NCBI GenBank assembly: GCA_944373065.1
Contig: CALWAJ010000001.1
Coordinates: 1 to 50,472, forward strand
Source: an uncultured Bacilli bacterium
GTDB lineage: Bacteria; Bacillota_I; Bacilli_A; RF39; UBA660
Direction: 5' to 3'
DNA: 50,472 bases
Below are positions 1-10,189 of the stretch, piece by piece. The stretch's first letter is position 1. Every line of letters begins with the position of its first letter. The notes beneath the pieces were generated by a model that saw only the letters and a list, made by a program, of their open reading frames with translations, was not told the DNA's origin and did no database searches. A program made the position numbers and the translations under genes.

Positions 1-743
1 AATATTACATATTTATCATAATTAGGATTACTTCCTAACGTATTATTATACCAAGTATCTACTTCTTTCTTTATAAATGAATCCGTCCCATTATCATAGG
101 TATAACCACTATATTTAGCGTCATTTCTCTCTAAATTATATGGTACTTCCCCTACTACTCCTGATATTTCTTCTTCTTTAAATGATGAAGGGCCAACAGA
201 TATTTCTTGCAATCCAGGGCCATTATAAATTAGTCTTAAACTACCATCACCATTTACTCTTACTATCTTCCAGTACATCTTTTCTCCTTTAGATGCAATC
301 TTTAATGGCTGACAATATTCCTCATTACTTTCAACTTCTATACAACTCTCTTTTGTTTGATAATATACTTCCTTACTACCATACACATAATAATCTTCAT
401 CATATGTTCCAAATACTAAGTTATTATTATCTATATCTCCTCTATAATAATATGTTATTCCATCTTCATCACTACTACTATATAACCCATTGGTTATATA
501 ATCTGGATTTGCTTCTGAAGCTCTATACTGCATTCCATTACTTGCATAATTAAACATTTTTGGTATCTCAGTCTTTAATTCATTATCACTTAATATCTTA
601 TTTAAGACTAAGTTACTTGTATTTCCTGCCTTATATTCACTACTTTCTACTATTATCCTTTTATCAATCATTCCTAAATAATTTATATTTAGTGTTACTA
701 TAAATATAAACACTAACATTAATATCTTCTTTATTCTTTGCAT
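1..743 (-). CDS. Partial CDS (N-terminal ~247 codons, runs off the window start) of a secreted/surface protein; paralog of 11697..13238
   Basis: Hand translation of the minus strand from ATG 741-743 stays open to position 1 (MQRIKKILMLVFIFIVTLNINYLGMIDKRIIVESSEYKAGNTS...SNPNYDKYVI). It aligns with the first ~251 residues of the 513-aa ORF. It is absent from the ORF track because it has no in-window stop. Confidence 0.8.
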   Translation of the reverse strand, partial: MQRIKKILMLVFIFIVTLNINYLGMIDKRIIVESSEYKAGNTSNLVLNKILSDNELKTEIPKMFNYASNGMQYRASEANPDYITNGLYSSSDEDGITYYYRGDIDNNNLVFGTYDEDYYVYGSKEVYYQTKESCIEVESNEEYCQPLKIASKGEKMYWKIVRVNGDGSLRLIYNGPGLQEISVGPSSFKEEEISGVVGEVPYNLERNDAKYSGYTYDNGTDSFIKKEVDTWYNNTLGSNPNYDKYVI

Positions 744-802
744 AAAAACTTCCTCCTATTTTTAATAAGCCTACCCAATTATTTATATTTTATACTATTT
801 AA

Positions 803-831
803 ATTTTAACACATAAAGTCCTATATATCAA
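803..831 (-). promoter_or_regulatory. SigA-type promoter for the partial surface-protein gene (TTGATA-17 nt-TAAAAT on the minus strand)
   Basis: Minus strand reads TTGATA (826-831), a 17-nt spacer, then TAAAAT (803-808), ~60 nt upstream of the ATG. The same arrangement is conserved at 13298..13326. Confidence 0.5.
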
Positions 832-845
832 ATATTTTGACACAT

Positions 846-876
846 CAAAAAGAACAGAATACACTTATCCTGCTCT
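846..876 (-). terminator. Rho-independent terminator downstream of 979..1779
   Basis: 10-bp stem (agaacagaat / atcctgctct, with G-U pairs), 6-nt loop, T-run on the minus strand. The copy at 13341..13371 is identical. Confidence 0.6.
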
Positions 877-932
877 TATATCATAATGAAAGAAAGTATT
901 ATTAATGTTTAAACTATCATTTAGGTAATTTA

Positions 933-941
933 CCCCCCCCC
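933..941. repeat. Homopolymeric C9 tract (G9 on the coding strand)
   Basis: Nine consecutive C in ~25% GC DNA. A second C9 sits at the equivalent position of the duplicated module (13432..13440). Confidence 0.95.
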
Positions 942-978
942 AGGTAACAAATTGTAAACTCATAATAATACCCTCTTT

Positions 979-1779
979 CTAATATTCATTTCTTTCACAT
1001 TTATAACCATTACTCTCTAAATCTTTTTCTATCGCTCTAACACTCTGATCTAATTCATATTCTGGATAAAATCCTTCAAACTCTGCTATATTAGAAGAAA
1101 TAAAATCTAAATCTAATTTATTATAATCAATATTTTGAATAGTCTCTTGCATAGCAGCTGTAACATTACAACTAGCACTTATACCTATATCATTATCATC
1201 TAAAACTTCTTTTAACATTAAACAAGAATTTTGTCTTTCTTCTAAAATATCACTTTCAGTAGCATTATCAGAAAGTCTCGCTGTTGTTGTCGCTGTACTC
1301 TTCTTTAATTTGTTTTCAGTATAATTAAATTCTAATTTATAAGTATAATCTAAATTCTCAGTAGTATTAGACATAGTACAAGTCATATTACCACTCTTTA
1401 AATCATTCGCCCCTGTAACTTCATTTTTATAATTAGTTATAAAACTAGATATTTCTGGTAAAAAGAACACAAAAGCAAAAAGAATTATCATAAGTAAAAC
1501 TAAGAACACAGTTCTTCCTTTCTTAGGTTTTCCTGTACTATTTTCATCAATTGAAGCAGCAGTAGGAACTACATTATCAGTACCATTTTGATTATTAGAA
1601 CTAGCAACTTGTTGTTTTACTTCCTCAGTATTATTAACTTCTACAACTTGAGGTTTAACAGAAGAATCAGTTGATTGATTATTTATATTATTATCAGTTG
1701 GTGGAGTAACAACTTGTGGAGTCTCTACCTCTTTATTAACCTCATTATTGACATTAGTATTTTCATTTTTATTATCCAT
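979..1779 (-). CDS. Hypothetical membrane-anchored protein: Asn/Val/Gln-rich low-complexity N-terminus, one TM helix, Cys-containing C-terminal domain
   Basis: 266-aa ORF with hydrophobic segment VFLVLLMIILFAFVFFLPEI. No family recognised. Confidence 0.6.
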   Translation of the reverse strand: MDNKNENTNVNNEVNKEVETPQVVTPPTDNNINNQSTDSSVKPQVVEVNNTEEVKQQVASSNNQNGTDNVVPTAASIDENSTGKPKKGRTVFLVLLMIILFAFVFFLPEISSFITNYKNEVTGANDLKSGNMTCTMSNTTENLDYTYKLEFNYTENKLKKSTATTTARLSDNATESDILEERQNSCLMLKEVLDDNDIGISASCNVTAAMQETIQNIDYNKLDLDFISSNIAEFEGFYPEYELDQSVRAIEKDLESNGYKCERNEY

Positions 1780-1813
1780 AGTCTTCCTCCTATTCTAAAG
1801 ATAATTATATCAT

Positions 1814-2452
1814 TTAACTTTTAATGCGTAAACTATTAATTTGTTTTTGATAATCATCACTATCAAGAACATAACTACCACTAACTAAAATATCTGTATA
1901 ATTAATAATCTTACTAGCAACTACATCATTAACGCCACCATCTACACTAACCTTAAATTTAAAGTTGGGATATTCTTTTTTTAATACTCTCAACTCTTTT
2001 AATTTATCAATAGTCTTACTAATAAACTTCTGTCCTCCCATACCTGGATTAACTCCCATAACAAGTATTAAATCTATATATGGTAGATAAGGAATTAACA
2101 AACTAACTTCTTCATCTGGATTAATTGCAATACCTGCTTTAATACCATAACTCTTAATTAATTTTAAATTAGCAAGTAAATCTTCTTTTGTATCTAAATG
2201 TATAGATATATATTCTGTATTTAAACTAGCATAGTTCTTAATATATTTACTAGGAGACTCTACCATTAAATGAACATCTAATCTTTTATCAGTAAATTCA
2301 TAGATATGTTTCATCTCACTAAAAGGCAAAGTTTTATTATTAACATATTTTCCATCCATAACATCTAAATGTATAAACTCTGCATTTGTATCATTAAGTT
2401 TTTTTAAAGTTTTAGGAATATCTTTACTAGTTAGAAACGATACACTAATCAT
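1814..2452 (-). CDS. rpe: Ribulose-phosphate 3-epimerase
   Basis: HLDVMDGKYV motif, GMGGQKF, ~212 aa, and a position downstream of rsgA as in the Bacillus ylo cluster. Confidence 0.9.
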   Translation of the reverse strand: MISVSFLTSKDIPKTLKKLNDTNAEFIHLDVMDGKYVNNKTLPFSEMKHIYEFTDKRLDVHLMVESPSKYIKNYASLNTEYISIHLDTKEDLLANLKLIKSYGIKAGIAINPDEEVSLLIPYLPYIDLILVMGVNPGMGGQKFISKTIDKLKELRVLKKEYPNFKFKVSVDGGVNDVVASKIINYTDILVSGSYVLDSDDYQKQINSLRIKS

Positions 2453-3282
2453 TTACTTGCCTCCTCATAAAATTTTAAATAACTATTATAACGTGATTCC
2501 AATATTTCTTTATCATTGACTGCTTTTCTTATACTACATTCCTCTTCTTTCGTATGAGAACAATCTTTAAAAGGACAAGTATAATTAGAAAATTCTCTAA
2601 AAGCATTTTTAATATTTTCTTTTTTATATATAGAAAAATCTAAAGAAGAAAAACCAGGAGTATCAAGAACTTTACCATCTAAGAATTCATAAAGCTCAAC
2701 ATTTCTCGTAGTATGTCGGCCCCTTCCTAAAGCAAGAGAAACTTCTCCAGTTTTTAAATTAAAACTAGGATTTAATTTATTTAAAAGAGTACTCTTACCC
2801 GCTCCTGTTTGACCAATAAAGACATTAGTCTTATCTTTAATAAGTTCTTTTATTTTTTTAAGATCATTATTAGTAACAACATTATATCCCATATTATTAT
2901 AATATTGCATCACATCTTTAATTTTTTCATATTCTTTAGGACTAACTAAATCTATTTTTGTAAGACAAATAACAACGTCGATATTATTAAGTTCCATATG
3001 GGCAATAAATTTATCTAACAAACCTAAAGAAAAGTTAGGATTAACTAAACTTGTCACAATAAAAGCCCTATCTATATTACTTACCATCGGTCTATCAAAA
3101 GTATTTTTCCTAGGTAGTATTTCTTCTATAACAAGACTTTTATCATTAAAGTTAACGTAATCACCAACTTTAGGAATAAGTTTTTCTTTTCTAAATTTAC
3201 CTCGTGGAATAGTATTATAATAACATCCATTACTATAAATAACATGCCTATTACTACTTATTTTAACAATTTGTCCTTGCAT
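2449..3282 (-). CDS. rsgA: Ribosome small-subunit-dependent GTPase A (RsgA/CpgA/YloQ)
   Basis: Circularly permuted GTPase: LTKIDL (G4) precedes GQTGAGKSTLLN (G1). C-terminal Zn knuckle CPFKDCSHTKEEEC. Confidence 0.9.
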   Translation of the reverse strand: MQGQIVKISSNRHVIYSNGCYYNTIPRGKFRKEKLIPKVGDYVNFNDKSLVIEEILPRKNTFDRPMVSNIDRAFIVTSLVNPNFSLGLLDKFIAHMELNNIDVVICLTKIDLVSPKEYEKIKDVMQYYNNMGYNVVTNNDLKKIKELIKDKTNVFIGQTGAGKSTLLNKLNPSFNLKTGEVSLALGRGRHTTRNVELYEFLDGKVLDTPGFSSLDFSIYKKENIKNAFREFSNYTCPFKDCSHTKEEECSIRKAVNDKEILESRYNSYLKFYEEASK

Positions 3283-3284
3283 TA

Positions 3285-5054
3285 TTATTCACCTTGTGCA
3301 CTTGGAGTATCTGTACCTGAAGTATCATCTTCATCTTTTTTATCTTCCTCATCATCACTAGGTTTAGGATTAGTATTAGTCTTAACCAATCTACCTATTG
3401 TAATAGTTACACTATCATTATTTTTAACAGTAGAACCATTTGGACGAGACTGAGTAATAATTTTACCATCCAAACTAGCATCTGTTACATCTTGATAATT
3501 AGTAGTTACTGTTACACAAGCATTATTAGCCCAACTAGTAACAGCATCTTCTGTATGTAAATACCAATCTGGGAAAGTAATTGCTTTTAACACAGTTAAA
3601 GTTATTTCATCTCCACTTTTAACTTCACTACCTTCATCCAATGACTGAGAAATAACTAAATTTTGTCCTATAACACCACAAGTAGTAGAATCAGGTTCTA
3701 TCTCTTGAACTTTAACTTCTAAATCCATATCTTCAAGCAATTCTTTTACTTCATCAATATTCATATTAACATAATTTTCAAGCTTATATGTCTTAACTCC
3801 TGTAGATTTATATAGAGTTACTCTTGTTCCTTCTTTAACTGTACTACCACTCTTAGGATCTGTTCTAATAATTCTATTCTTTTTAACATCTTCACTACTT
3901 ACTTCTTCTATCTTACTATTAACAACAAGTCCTGCATCTTCTAAGGTATCTTCAGCTTTACTAACTGTCATACCACTAACATCTGGTACTTTAACATCTT
4001 TTTCGGCTGTTAAAGCAGGAATAATAAAGAACACTGCAAGTAGAGCTAGAACAATAACTCCTGCTATTATAGAAAGAGCAATTATTAATTTGTTAGATTT
4101 CTTAGTCTTTTCATCTGTAATAGGAGTAGCAATACCTTCTTCACTATCACTTATAGGTTCCATTATTTTTGTAGTTTCATCCACTTCATGTTCAGGATAA
4201 GGATATACATAAGGAGGTTCATTTATCCTATCATCATTTAAAGCTGTAAGTAAGTCATTATGCATACTCTTAGCATCATCATATCTATTTTTAGGATTCT
4301 TAGCTGTAGCTTTCAAAATAATATTTTCAATACTTTGTGGTATATCATTATTAAGTTTATGAACATCAGGTAAAGGCTCTTTCATTTGTTTTAAAGCAAT
4401 CTCTACAGCACTATCTCCTTTAAAAGGAAGTTCCCCTGTTAATAATTCATAGAAAATAATTCCCATTGAATAAATATCACTCTTAATAGTTGCCCCTTTA
4501 CCAGCTGCTTGTTCAGGAGGTAAATAATGAACTGACCCCATAACAGAATTAGTTTGTGTTAATTGTGTTGAATTAAGAGCCATAGCAATACCAAAATCTG
4601 TTATTTTAATCTGTCCATCATCTTGAATCATAATATTTTGAGGTTTCAAATCGCGATGAACTATATAAGAGTCATGTGCATGAGCCATACCATCTGTTAA
4701 TTGTAACATTATATCTATCGCTTCTGATAATGTAAGACTACCACGCTTTTTAAGTAATTGTTTTAAAGTCTTGCCTTCAACATATTCCATTACTATATAA
4801 TATAAGCCATCATCTTCACCTACATCATACATAGCAACTATATTAGGATGAGAAAGACTTGAAGCTGATAACGCTTCACGTTGAAACCGTCTAACAAACT
4901 TCTCATCATTTGCTAAATCTCCTCTTAATACTTTTATCGCTACATTTCTATCTAAAATAGTATCATATGCAAGATAGACATTAGCCATACCACCTTCGCC
5001 TATTGATTTAATTATCTCATAACGACCATTAATTTTTTGCCCCTTTGTCACCAT
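3285..5054 (-). CDS. prkC: Ser/Thr protein kinase with extracellular PASTA repeats (PrkC-type)
   Basis: Hanks kinase motifs (GEGGMANVY, HRDLKPQN, DFGIA), a central TM helix and C-terminal PASTA-like repeats. Synteny with prpC. Confidence 0.9.
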   Translation of the reverse strand: MVTKGQKINGRYEIIKSIGEGGMANVYLAYDTILDRNVAIKVLRGDLANDEKFVRRFQREALSASSLSHPNIVAMYDVGEDDGLYYIVMEYVEGKTLKQLLKKRGSLTLSEAIDIMLQLTDGMAHAHDSYIVHRDLKPQNIMIQDDGQIKITDFGIAMALNSTQLTQTNSVMGSVHYLPPEQAAGKGATIKSDIYSMGIIFYELLTGELPFKGDSAVEIALKQMKEPLPDVHKLNNDIPQSIENIILKATAKNPKNRYDDAKSMHNDLLTALNDDRINEPPYVYPYPEHEVDETTKIMEPISDSEEGIATPITDEKTKKSNKLIIALSIIAGVIVLALLAVFFIIPALTAEKDVKVPDVSGMTVSKAEDTLEDAGLVVNSKIEEVSSEDVKKNRIIRTDPKSGSTVKEGTRVTLYKSTGVKTYKLENYVNMNIDEVKELLEDMDLEVKVQEIEPDSTTCGVIGQNLVISQSLDEGSEVKSGDEITLTVLKAITFPDWYLHTEDAVTSWANNACVTVTTNYQDVTDASLDGKIITQSRPNGSTVKNNDSVTITIGRLVKTNTNPKPSDDEEDKKDEDDTSGTDTPSAQGE

Positions 5055-5794
5055 TATTCTTCACCTTCTCCTAAAATTAAGTATGCTACTGATATATTAT
5101 CAGTACCCCCTCTATTATTAGCTTTCCTAATTAATTTTATAACTTTATCTTCAATATCTCCTTCACTATTTAAGACTTTCTCAATAGATTCTTCTTCAAG
5201 CATATTAGTAAGTCCATCACTTGCTAAAAGTATTCCATCTATCTCCATATCACAATCAAAAATATCTATATCTATCGGATCATTAGCACCTAATGCTTTC
5301 ATCAAAACATTTTTCTTAGGATGATCCTTCGCTTCTTCTTCCGTTAACTCCCCAGCAGACACTAATAAGTTTACTAAAGTATGATCATATGTTACTTTAT
5401 GTAGTTTTTTATCTTTCATAACAAATCCTGAAGAATCTCCTATATTACCAAAAAGAATATAATTTTTTGTAATAATAGCTGTAACTAAAGTAGTTCCCAT
5501 ACCTTTACTTTCAGGATGAGTCTTCTCGTGTCTAAAAATACTATCATTTATTTCATTAACACTATCACGTAAAAAATTAACCGCTTCCATCTTAGTCATA
5601 TTATGAAATTTCTCATTAAAATCTTTCGCTAAATGAGTAATAGCAATGGAAGAAGCTACTTCTCCAGCAGAATGTCCTCCCATTCCATCAGCAATAGCCA
5701 TAAGGGTATCATTATCGCTATTATGAACTATTAAGACACTATCTTCATTATGATCTCTAACTTTTCCAGCATCAGTTAAATAAAATGATTTCAT
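5054..5794 (-). CDS. prpC: PP2C-family Ser/Thr phosphatase (PrpC/Stp)
   Basis: RDHNEDS, DGMGGHSAGEVAS, SDGL and GGTDNIS motifs. Its stop overlaps the prkC start. Confidence 0.9.
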   Translation of the reverse strand: MKSFYLTDAGKVRDHNEDSVLIVHNSDNDTLMAIADGMGGHSAGEVASSIAITHLAKDFNEKFHNMTKMEAVNFLRDSVNEINDSIFRHEKTHPESKGMGTTLVTAIITKNYILFGNIGDSSGFVMKDKKLHKVTYDHTLVNLLVSAGELTEEEAKDHPKKNVLMKALGANDPIDIDIFDCDMEIDGILLASDGLTNMLEEESIEKVLNSEGDIEDKVIKLIRKANNRGGTDNISVAYLILGEGEE

Positions 5795-6816
5795 AATTCC
5801 TCCTTCTTACTTCTAAGCTGGCCACAAGCAGCACTAATCATACCACCAAACTCTCGCCTAATCGTAACTGTAACATTGTTTTTCTTTAGTATATCATAAA
5901 ACTTAGCAATTGTTAAAGGTTTACTTCGTCTATACTGTAAAGCATCTGTTTCATTATATGGTATTAAATTGACATAGCAGTTTATTCCTTTAAGTAAATG
6001 AACAAGTTCTAAAGCATTTTCTTCACTATCATTTACGTTATCTATCATTATATATTCAAATGTTACTCTTCTATTAGTTTTTTCTAAATAAATTTTAATA
6101 GCATTAATTAAATCTTTTAAAGGATATACTTTAGCAATAGGCATAATTTCTTTTCTAAGTTCATCAGTTGGAGCATGAAGACTAATAGCAAGATTAACTT
6201 GATAAGGAAAGGAAGCAAATTCTAATATTTTAGGAACAAGTCCACAAGTAGAAACAGTAATATGTCTTGCCCCAATATTAAGGCCTTTAGGATGATTTAT
6301 GATTTTTATAAAGTTACAAATATTATCATAATTATCAAATGGCTCACCAATTCCCATAATAACAACATGACTTATTCTAATATCAGCATCACTTTCTACT
6401 TTTAGTATTTGTTCTACCATCTCTCCAGTAGTCAAATTACGTACTTTTTTCCTTCTACCAGACTCACAAAACTTACACCCCATATTACAACCAACCTGAC
6501 TAGAAATACAAAGACTATTACCATAATCATGATACATTAAAACGGCTTCAATATGCTCTTTATCGTTAAGTTTAAATAAATATTTTCTAACATCCTTAGC
6601 TTTTTCGACAGTAACAATAGAAATATCTGAAATAACAAAATCTTTTTTTAACCTATCTCTAACTTCTTTCTTTATATTAGTAGCATCATCAAAAGAAGTA
6701 ATTCTTTTATCTTTATTATAAAGCCAAGAAAAAAGTTCTGTAGCATAAAACTTTTTATCGTTATTATTTATAAAATATTCTATTAAGTCTTCAATTGTTA
6801 AATCATATATACTCAT
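5791..6816 (-). CDS. rlmN: 23S rRNA/tRNA (adenine-C2)-methyltransferase RlmN, radical SAM
   Basis: CNMGCKFC radical-SAM cluster motif and C-terminal conserved Cys (SAACGQL). Synteny with prpC. Confidence 0.9.
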   Translation of the reverse strand: MSIYDLTIEDLIEYFINNNDKKFYATELFSWLYNKDKRITSFDDATNIKKEVRDRLKKDFVISDISIVTVEKAKDVRKYLFKLNDKEHIEAVLMYHDYGNSLCISSQVGCNMGCKFCESGRRKKVRNLTTGEMVEQILKVESDADIRISHVVIMGIGEPFDNYDNICNFIKIINHPKGLNIGARHITVSTCGLVPKILEFASFPYQVNLAISLHAPTDELRKEIMPIAKVYPLKDLINAIKIYLEKTNRRVTFEYIMIDNVNDSEENALELVHLLKGINCYVNLIPYNETDALQYRRSKPLTIAKFYDILKKNNVTVTIRREFGGMISAACGQLRSKKEEL

Positions 6817-6881
6817 AACTAACCTCCGGTTATACGAACTTTTCTAGATATATTATACAGTAAATTTCAAAGAAATACATC

Positions 6882-6912
6882 AAAAAACTGATAAAACATA
6901 TCTATCAGTTTT
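6882..6912 (-). terminator. Rho-independent terminator after 6932..7783
   Basis: aaaactgata / tatcagtttt stem with a T-run on the minus strand. Confidence 0.6.
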
Positions 6913-6931
6913 GTAATATTTATTTTTTACT

Positions 6932-7783
6932 TTAATCAGTTAAGTTTTTTAATTCTTCTTCACTTAAACCTGTTACTTTAATTATATCTTCTTTAGATAT
7001 ACCTATATTAAGAAGTTTTTTAGCAATTTCTCTTTCTTTTGCCTTAGCTCCTTCTTCGATTCCATCTGCTTTGCCATCATCATATCCCCAGTTACGAGCG
7101 GTATTAATCATTTTTTTCTGCATCATCTCATTATCATAAACAACTCCAAATTTATCATCAAGTCCTAGTCTTTCTAACTCATCCACGATCTTTAATCCCT
7201 CCTTATCATTTCCTGCTATTTTTCTTAACTCTTCATAAGAAGTAGCAGTAAATAAAGATAGATATGCTTCTTCTTTATTGTCTCCATTATATCTTATTCC
7301 TTTGTAATTTTCAAGATACACTTCGTATATTTCAAAATCTTTTATTTCTCTATTAGTTACCTTATCCATTAAATAGAATGAACCTTTACTGACATAAGGA
7401 TGCTTTTCTTTATTAAAGTTTATTTGAATGACTTTCTTCTTCTTAATATCTTCACCACTATTTAGACTTTTAGCAAGCAAGGAATATATATATAGTCTAT
7501 CTTTATATTTTGTTTCTTCACTAGGAAACTGATTCATCTCTATTGATATAACTATATCAACCAGATTGCTTACAAGTAATATATCTAAACGATAATCGCG
7601 TTTTTCATTACCACTATTAAGTTCAGCATCATATAACTCAAAATCCTTAATATCCATATTTATAATAGGTTTAATAATAGTATTAAAGAATTCTTTATAG
7701 TCTTCTATTTTAAAGAAATGTTTAAAGGTAGTGTCACTTAAAAGACTAATGAATCGTTTCTCTTTCTTTTCTTCTTTTTTCAT
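6932..7783 (-). CDS. Rpn-family / PD-(D/E)XK nuclease-family transposase-like protein (YhgA-like)
   Basis: N-terminal pattern FKHFF...RDYRLDILL...IEMNQ resembles the PDDEXK_2 core. C-terminal repeat-like helical tail. It is a lone gene between two terminators. Confidence 0.55.
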   Translation of the reverse strand: MKKEEKKEKRFISLLSDTTFKHFFKIEDYKEFFNTIIKPIINMDIKDFELYDAELNSGNEKRDYRLDILLVSNLVDIVISIEMNQFPSEETKYKDRLYIYSLLAKSLNSGEDIKKKKVIQINFNKEKHPYVSKGSFYLMDKVTNREIKDFEIYEVYLENYKGIRYNGDNKEEAYLSLFTATSYEELRKIAGNDKEGLKIVDELERLGLDDKFGVVYDNEMMQKKMINTARNWGYDDGKADGIEEGAKAKEREIAKKLLNIGISKEDIIKVTGLSEEELKNLTD

Positions 7784-7917
7784 TAATAACCTCCATAAAT
7801 TAAATAATTTATCTGTACAGATGCCTACACTCTAGCATAAGTAAAAATATATTGCAATTTACGAAATTTAGTAATTAGAAGGATAAACTACCTTGAATTT
7901 TCAAAATTTCTCTAGAG

Positions 7918-7961
7918 AAAATTAAAAATTGACCCCTCTTTTAAAGTCAATTTTTAATTTT
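7918..7961 (-). terminator. Terminator after the sigma-factor gene
   Basis: Perfect ~15-bp inverted repeat (aaattaaaaattgac / gtcaatttttaattt) around a 12-nt loop. Confidence 0.55.
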
Positions 7962-7970
7962 TCAACAAAT

Positions 7971-8621
7971 TTAAGAAATTTGCATTCTAATTTTTTCTAA
8001 TATCTTTGTCTCCTTTCTACTAACTTGAACTTGACTAATTCCAAGAACTTCCGCTGTTTCTTTCTGAGTCATATCTTGATAGTATCTTGAATTAATTAGT
8101 TCTCTTTCACTTTCTTCAAGACCACTAATCGCTTCTTTTAAGTCCAATACTCCAACATCATAACCTTTTTCTATTAAAGCTATTTTATTATAGAGATTAT
8201 AATCATCATCTAAATAACTATTATCTAAACTATATGGAGTACTAACAGCATTAATAACACTTACTATCTTTTCTTCACTTTCTCCTAACATATAAGCTAT
8301 TTCCGAAGTAGTAGGTTCTCTTCCCAAATTTTGCGAAAGATATTCTCTAGTCTCTTTAATTTCTTTATTAAGTTTATAAGTATCACTAGAAACATGAATT
8401 TGAAAATCACAATTTATTGTCTTTAACACTTCTCCTTTTATCCAAAGATAAGCATAATCTGCAAAACTTGTCTCTTTACTTTCATCATATTTTGTTATAG
8501 CAAGTTGTAACCCCAACATTCCCGCTTGATACAAGTCATCATAATCACTTCTAAAATTATACTTACTAGTAATACTCCTAACTAAACCTTCATATTCTAA
8601 TATTTTATCATTCACTACCAA
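7971..8621 (-). CDS. Sigma-70 family sigma factor, sporulation/SigF-SigG-SigB-like subgroup
   Basis: Region 2 (DLYQAGMLGLQLAITKYD) and region 4 HTH (TQKETAEVLGISQVQVSRKETKIL). The ISQVQVSR signature is typical of SigF-type factors. No spoIIAA/AB-like genes are adjacent. Confidence 0.7.
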   Translation of the reverse strand: MVVNDKILEYEGLVRSITSKYNFRSDYDDLYQAGMLGLQLAITKYDESKETSFADYAYLWIKGEVLKTINCDFQIHVSSDTYKLNKEIKETREYLSQNLGREPTTSEIAYMLGESEEKIVSVINAVSTPYSLDNSYLDDDYNLYNKIALIEKGYDVGVLDLKEAISGLEESERELINSRYYQDMTQKETAEVLGISQVQVSRKETKILEKIRMQIS

Positions 8622-8705
8622 CCAGTCCTTTCTATCTTGCCTTAATAATAAAAAGTTTTTATTTAATTAACAACAGTTTCGACAGAACTAGTGCTTAATT
8701 TTCAC

Positions 8706-9806
8706 CTACAAATTTCTTAAAAATAATGTTTCAAACAAAAATCCCCAAATTACTCTTCCAAAAGATTTAGTCTTACCAACCCTTACTCTACTTTTAGAAG
8801 GATTATAACAATTAAAAGTAACATCAACTGTTTCTTTAAAATCTTTATATTTAATAACCAAATCAGTCTCACCACAATTATTTTCATAAATAAATTCTAA
8901 TTTACTAAGAGGAACAGTACTTCTTTTTATTACTTTATCTAAATCTAAATAACTATCAAGATTTATCTCATCAAAGACTTCAATTTCTTCTTTTCTATAT
9001 AAATAATACTTATCAAAAGTCCTAATAACCCTATAACCATCTAATATTTTAGTATCTATAACATTTTCATCTTTATAATACTGATAATATTTTTTACGAT
9101 AACGATAAAGCTTTTCTTTTTTTATTATATTTATATAAAAGTTATCAGAAACAGAACTAGCTTTAACAATTTTTTCATCATAAATAGTTTTAGAAAGACA
9201 GTTTATTAAAGCTATAGTTATATTGTTAATTCCTTTTGTAGTTACTTCTATCTTTTCTTTTATATAATTAGAATGCAAAACTTCAAAGCTTCCCTTCAAA
9301 TCTCCTTGATTCAAAAAGCATTTTACTTCTAAAGTTAAATACTCAGGACTATATTTTTTGGAGAGTTTTATTTTATAAACATCACTAGTTTTATCACAAT
9401 TATATATAACTTTATCTTTATATTTTAAAGTTACTTTACTAATCATAAGATTATTTATATTTTTAATTATTAAAGAATCAATCTTCTTTAATTCTTGATA
9501 ATAATAGATAGTTTTTACATCTTCATCTAAATTACTATTTTCTAACCTTTCTTTTTGATATTCTCCATACTCACCATATTTAACTTTATCTCCTTTAATT
9601 TTATACTCTTTAAAGGGTCTTTCTAAATATTTAAAATCTCTATTTATTTTCTCAAGTTCATAATAAGTAGCTTTCTCTATTCTTTCCTTATCGTTACACC
9701 TATAATTTGCATCTACTTCTTCTATTTTTAAATATGGCGTTGTTATAGTCTTAGCATCAACATTCATATAACAAAAAAATAATAATAGCAGTATTAATAT
9801 TTTCAT
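8706..9806 (-). CDS. Secreted hypothetical protein with a signal peptide
   Basis: MKILILLLLFFCYMNVDA signal-like N-terminus. Lys/Tyr-rich, no recognised domain. It lies between spoVAE and the sigma gene. Confidence 0.55.
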   Translation of the reverse strand: MKILILLLLFFCYMNVDAKTITTPYLKIEEVDANYRCNDKERIEKATYYELEKINRDFKYLERPFKEYKIKGDKVKYGEYGEYQKERLENSNLDEDVKTIYYYQELKKIDSLIIKNINNLMISKVTLKYKDKVIYNCDKTSDVYKIKLSKKYSPEYLTLEVKCFLNQGDLKGSFEVLHSNYIKEKIEVTTKGINNITIALINCLSKTIYDEKIVKASSVSDNFYINIIKKEKLYRYRKKYYQYYKDENVIDTKILDGYRVIRTFDKYYLYRKEEIEVFDEINLDSYLDLDKVIKRSTVPLSKLEFIYENNCGETDLVIKYKDFKETVDVTFNCYNPSKSRVRVGKTKSFGRVIWGFLFETLFLRNL

Positions 9807-9838
9807 AACTAACCTCCTACTATTATTATTTACACTAA

Positions 9839-10189
9839 CTAATCTTTTGCTTTAAAAATTAAAGTAAAAACAAAAGTAAAGATAATCGCTGCCGTTATTC
9901 CTGTCGCTGTCATATCAAACATCCCTATTAAAAGGCCAATAATACCATTAGACTCTGCAGCTAGTAAGGCTCCATGAATTAAAGAATGTCCAAAGCTTGT
10001 AATAGGAAGTAAGGCTCCACCTCCTACTTTAGCGATAAAAAAGTCATATATAGAAAAAGCATCTAAAGCTGCACCAATACATACAAACATCGCCGTTATA
10101 TGACCAGGAGTAAGTTTAGTATTATCTAAGATAATCTCGGCAATTAAACAAATAATTCCACAAAATAGAAATGAATTAATAAAGTACAT
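9839..10189 (-). CDS. spoVAE: Stage V sporulation protein AE (SpoVAEB-type, 116 aa)
   Basis: Small polytopic membrane protein following spoVAD. Start refined to the ATG at 10187-10189, preceded by GGAGG and overlapping the spoVAD stop (TAATG). Confidence 0.8.
   Translation of the reverse strand: MYFINSFLFCGIICLIAEIILDNTKLTPGHITAMFVCIGAALDAFSIYDFFIAKVGGGALLPITSFGHSLIHGALLAAESNGIIGLLIGMFDMTATGITAAIIFTFVFTLIFKAKD

Larger units (their letters stand above)
1..975. repeat. Segmental duplication, copy 1 (partner 12484..13490): 5' part of the surface-protein gene plus its whole upstream regulatory module
   Basis: Position 1 aligns to 12484 and ATG 743 aligns to 13238 (12-nt length difference, frame preserved). 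The non-coding 744-975 is also colinear with 13239-13490. A divergent patch lies around 125-230. Confidence 0.85.

Noticed and set aside
293-553. Plus-strand ORFs of 60-100 aa rich in L/Y/F/S/I. Examples: 293..553, 3244..3453, 5037..5324, 12776..12988, 14524..14745, 16686..16964, 17584..17769, 21385..21594 (minus), 30825..31076, 32001..32276, 34542..34778, 35034..35285, 36224..36415, 42223..42411, 43161..43463, 46601..46798 and 47986..48210.
   Set aside because: All lie antisense to, and fully inside, strong recognisable genes. They have low-complexity compositions typical of shadow ORFs in AT-rich DNA. 293..553 and 12776..12988 resemble each other only because the real genes on the other strand are paralogs.
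979-1779. The Asn-rich low-complexity N-terminus, and similar poly-N or poly-K runs (for example 25407..25982 and 26538..27353), as special repeat features.
   Set aside because: These are the expected compositional consequence of an extremely AT-rich genome (AAT and AAA codons). They show no periodic structure.
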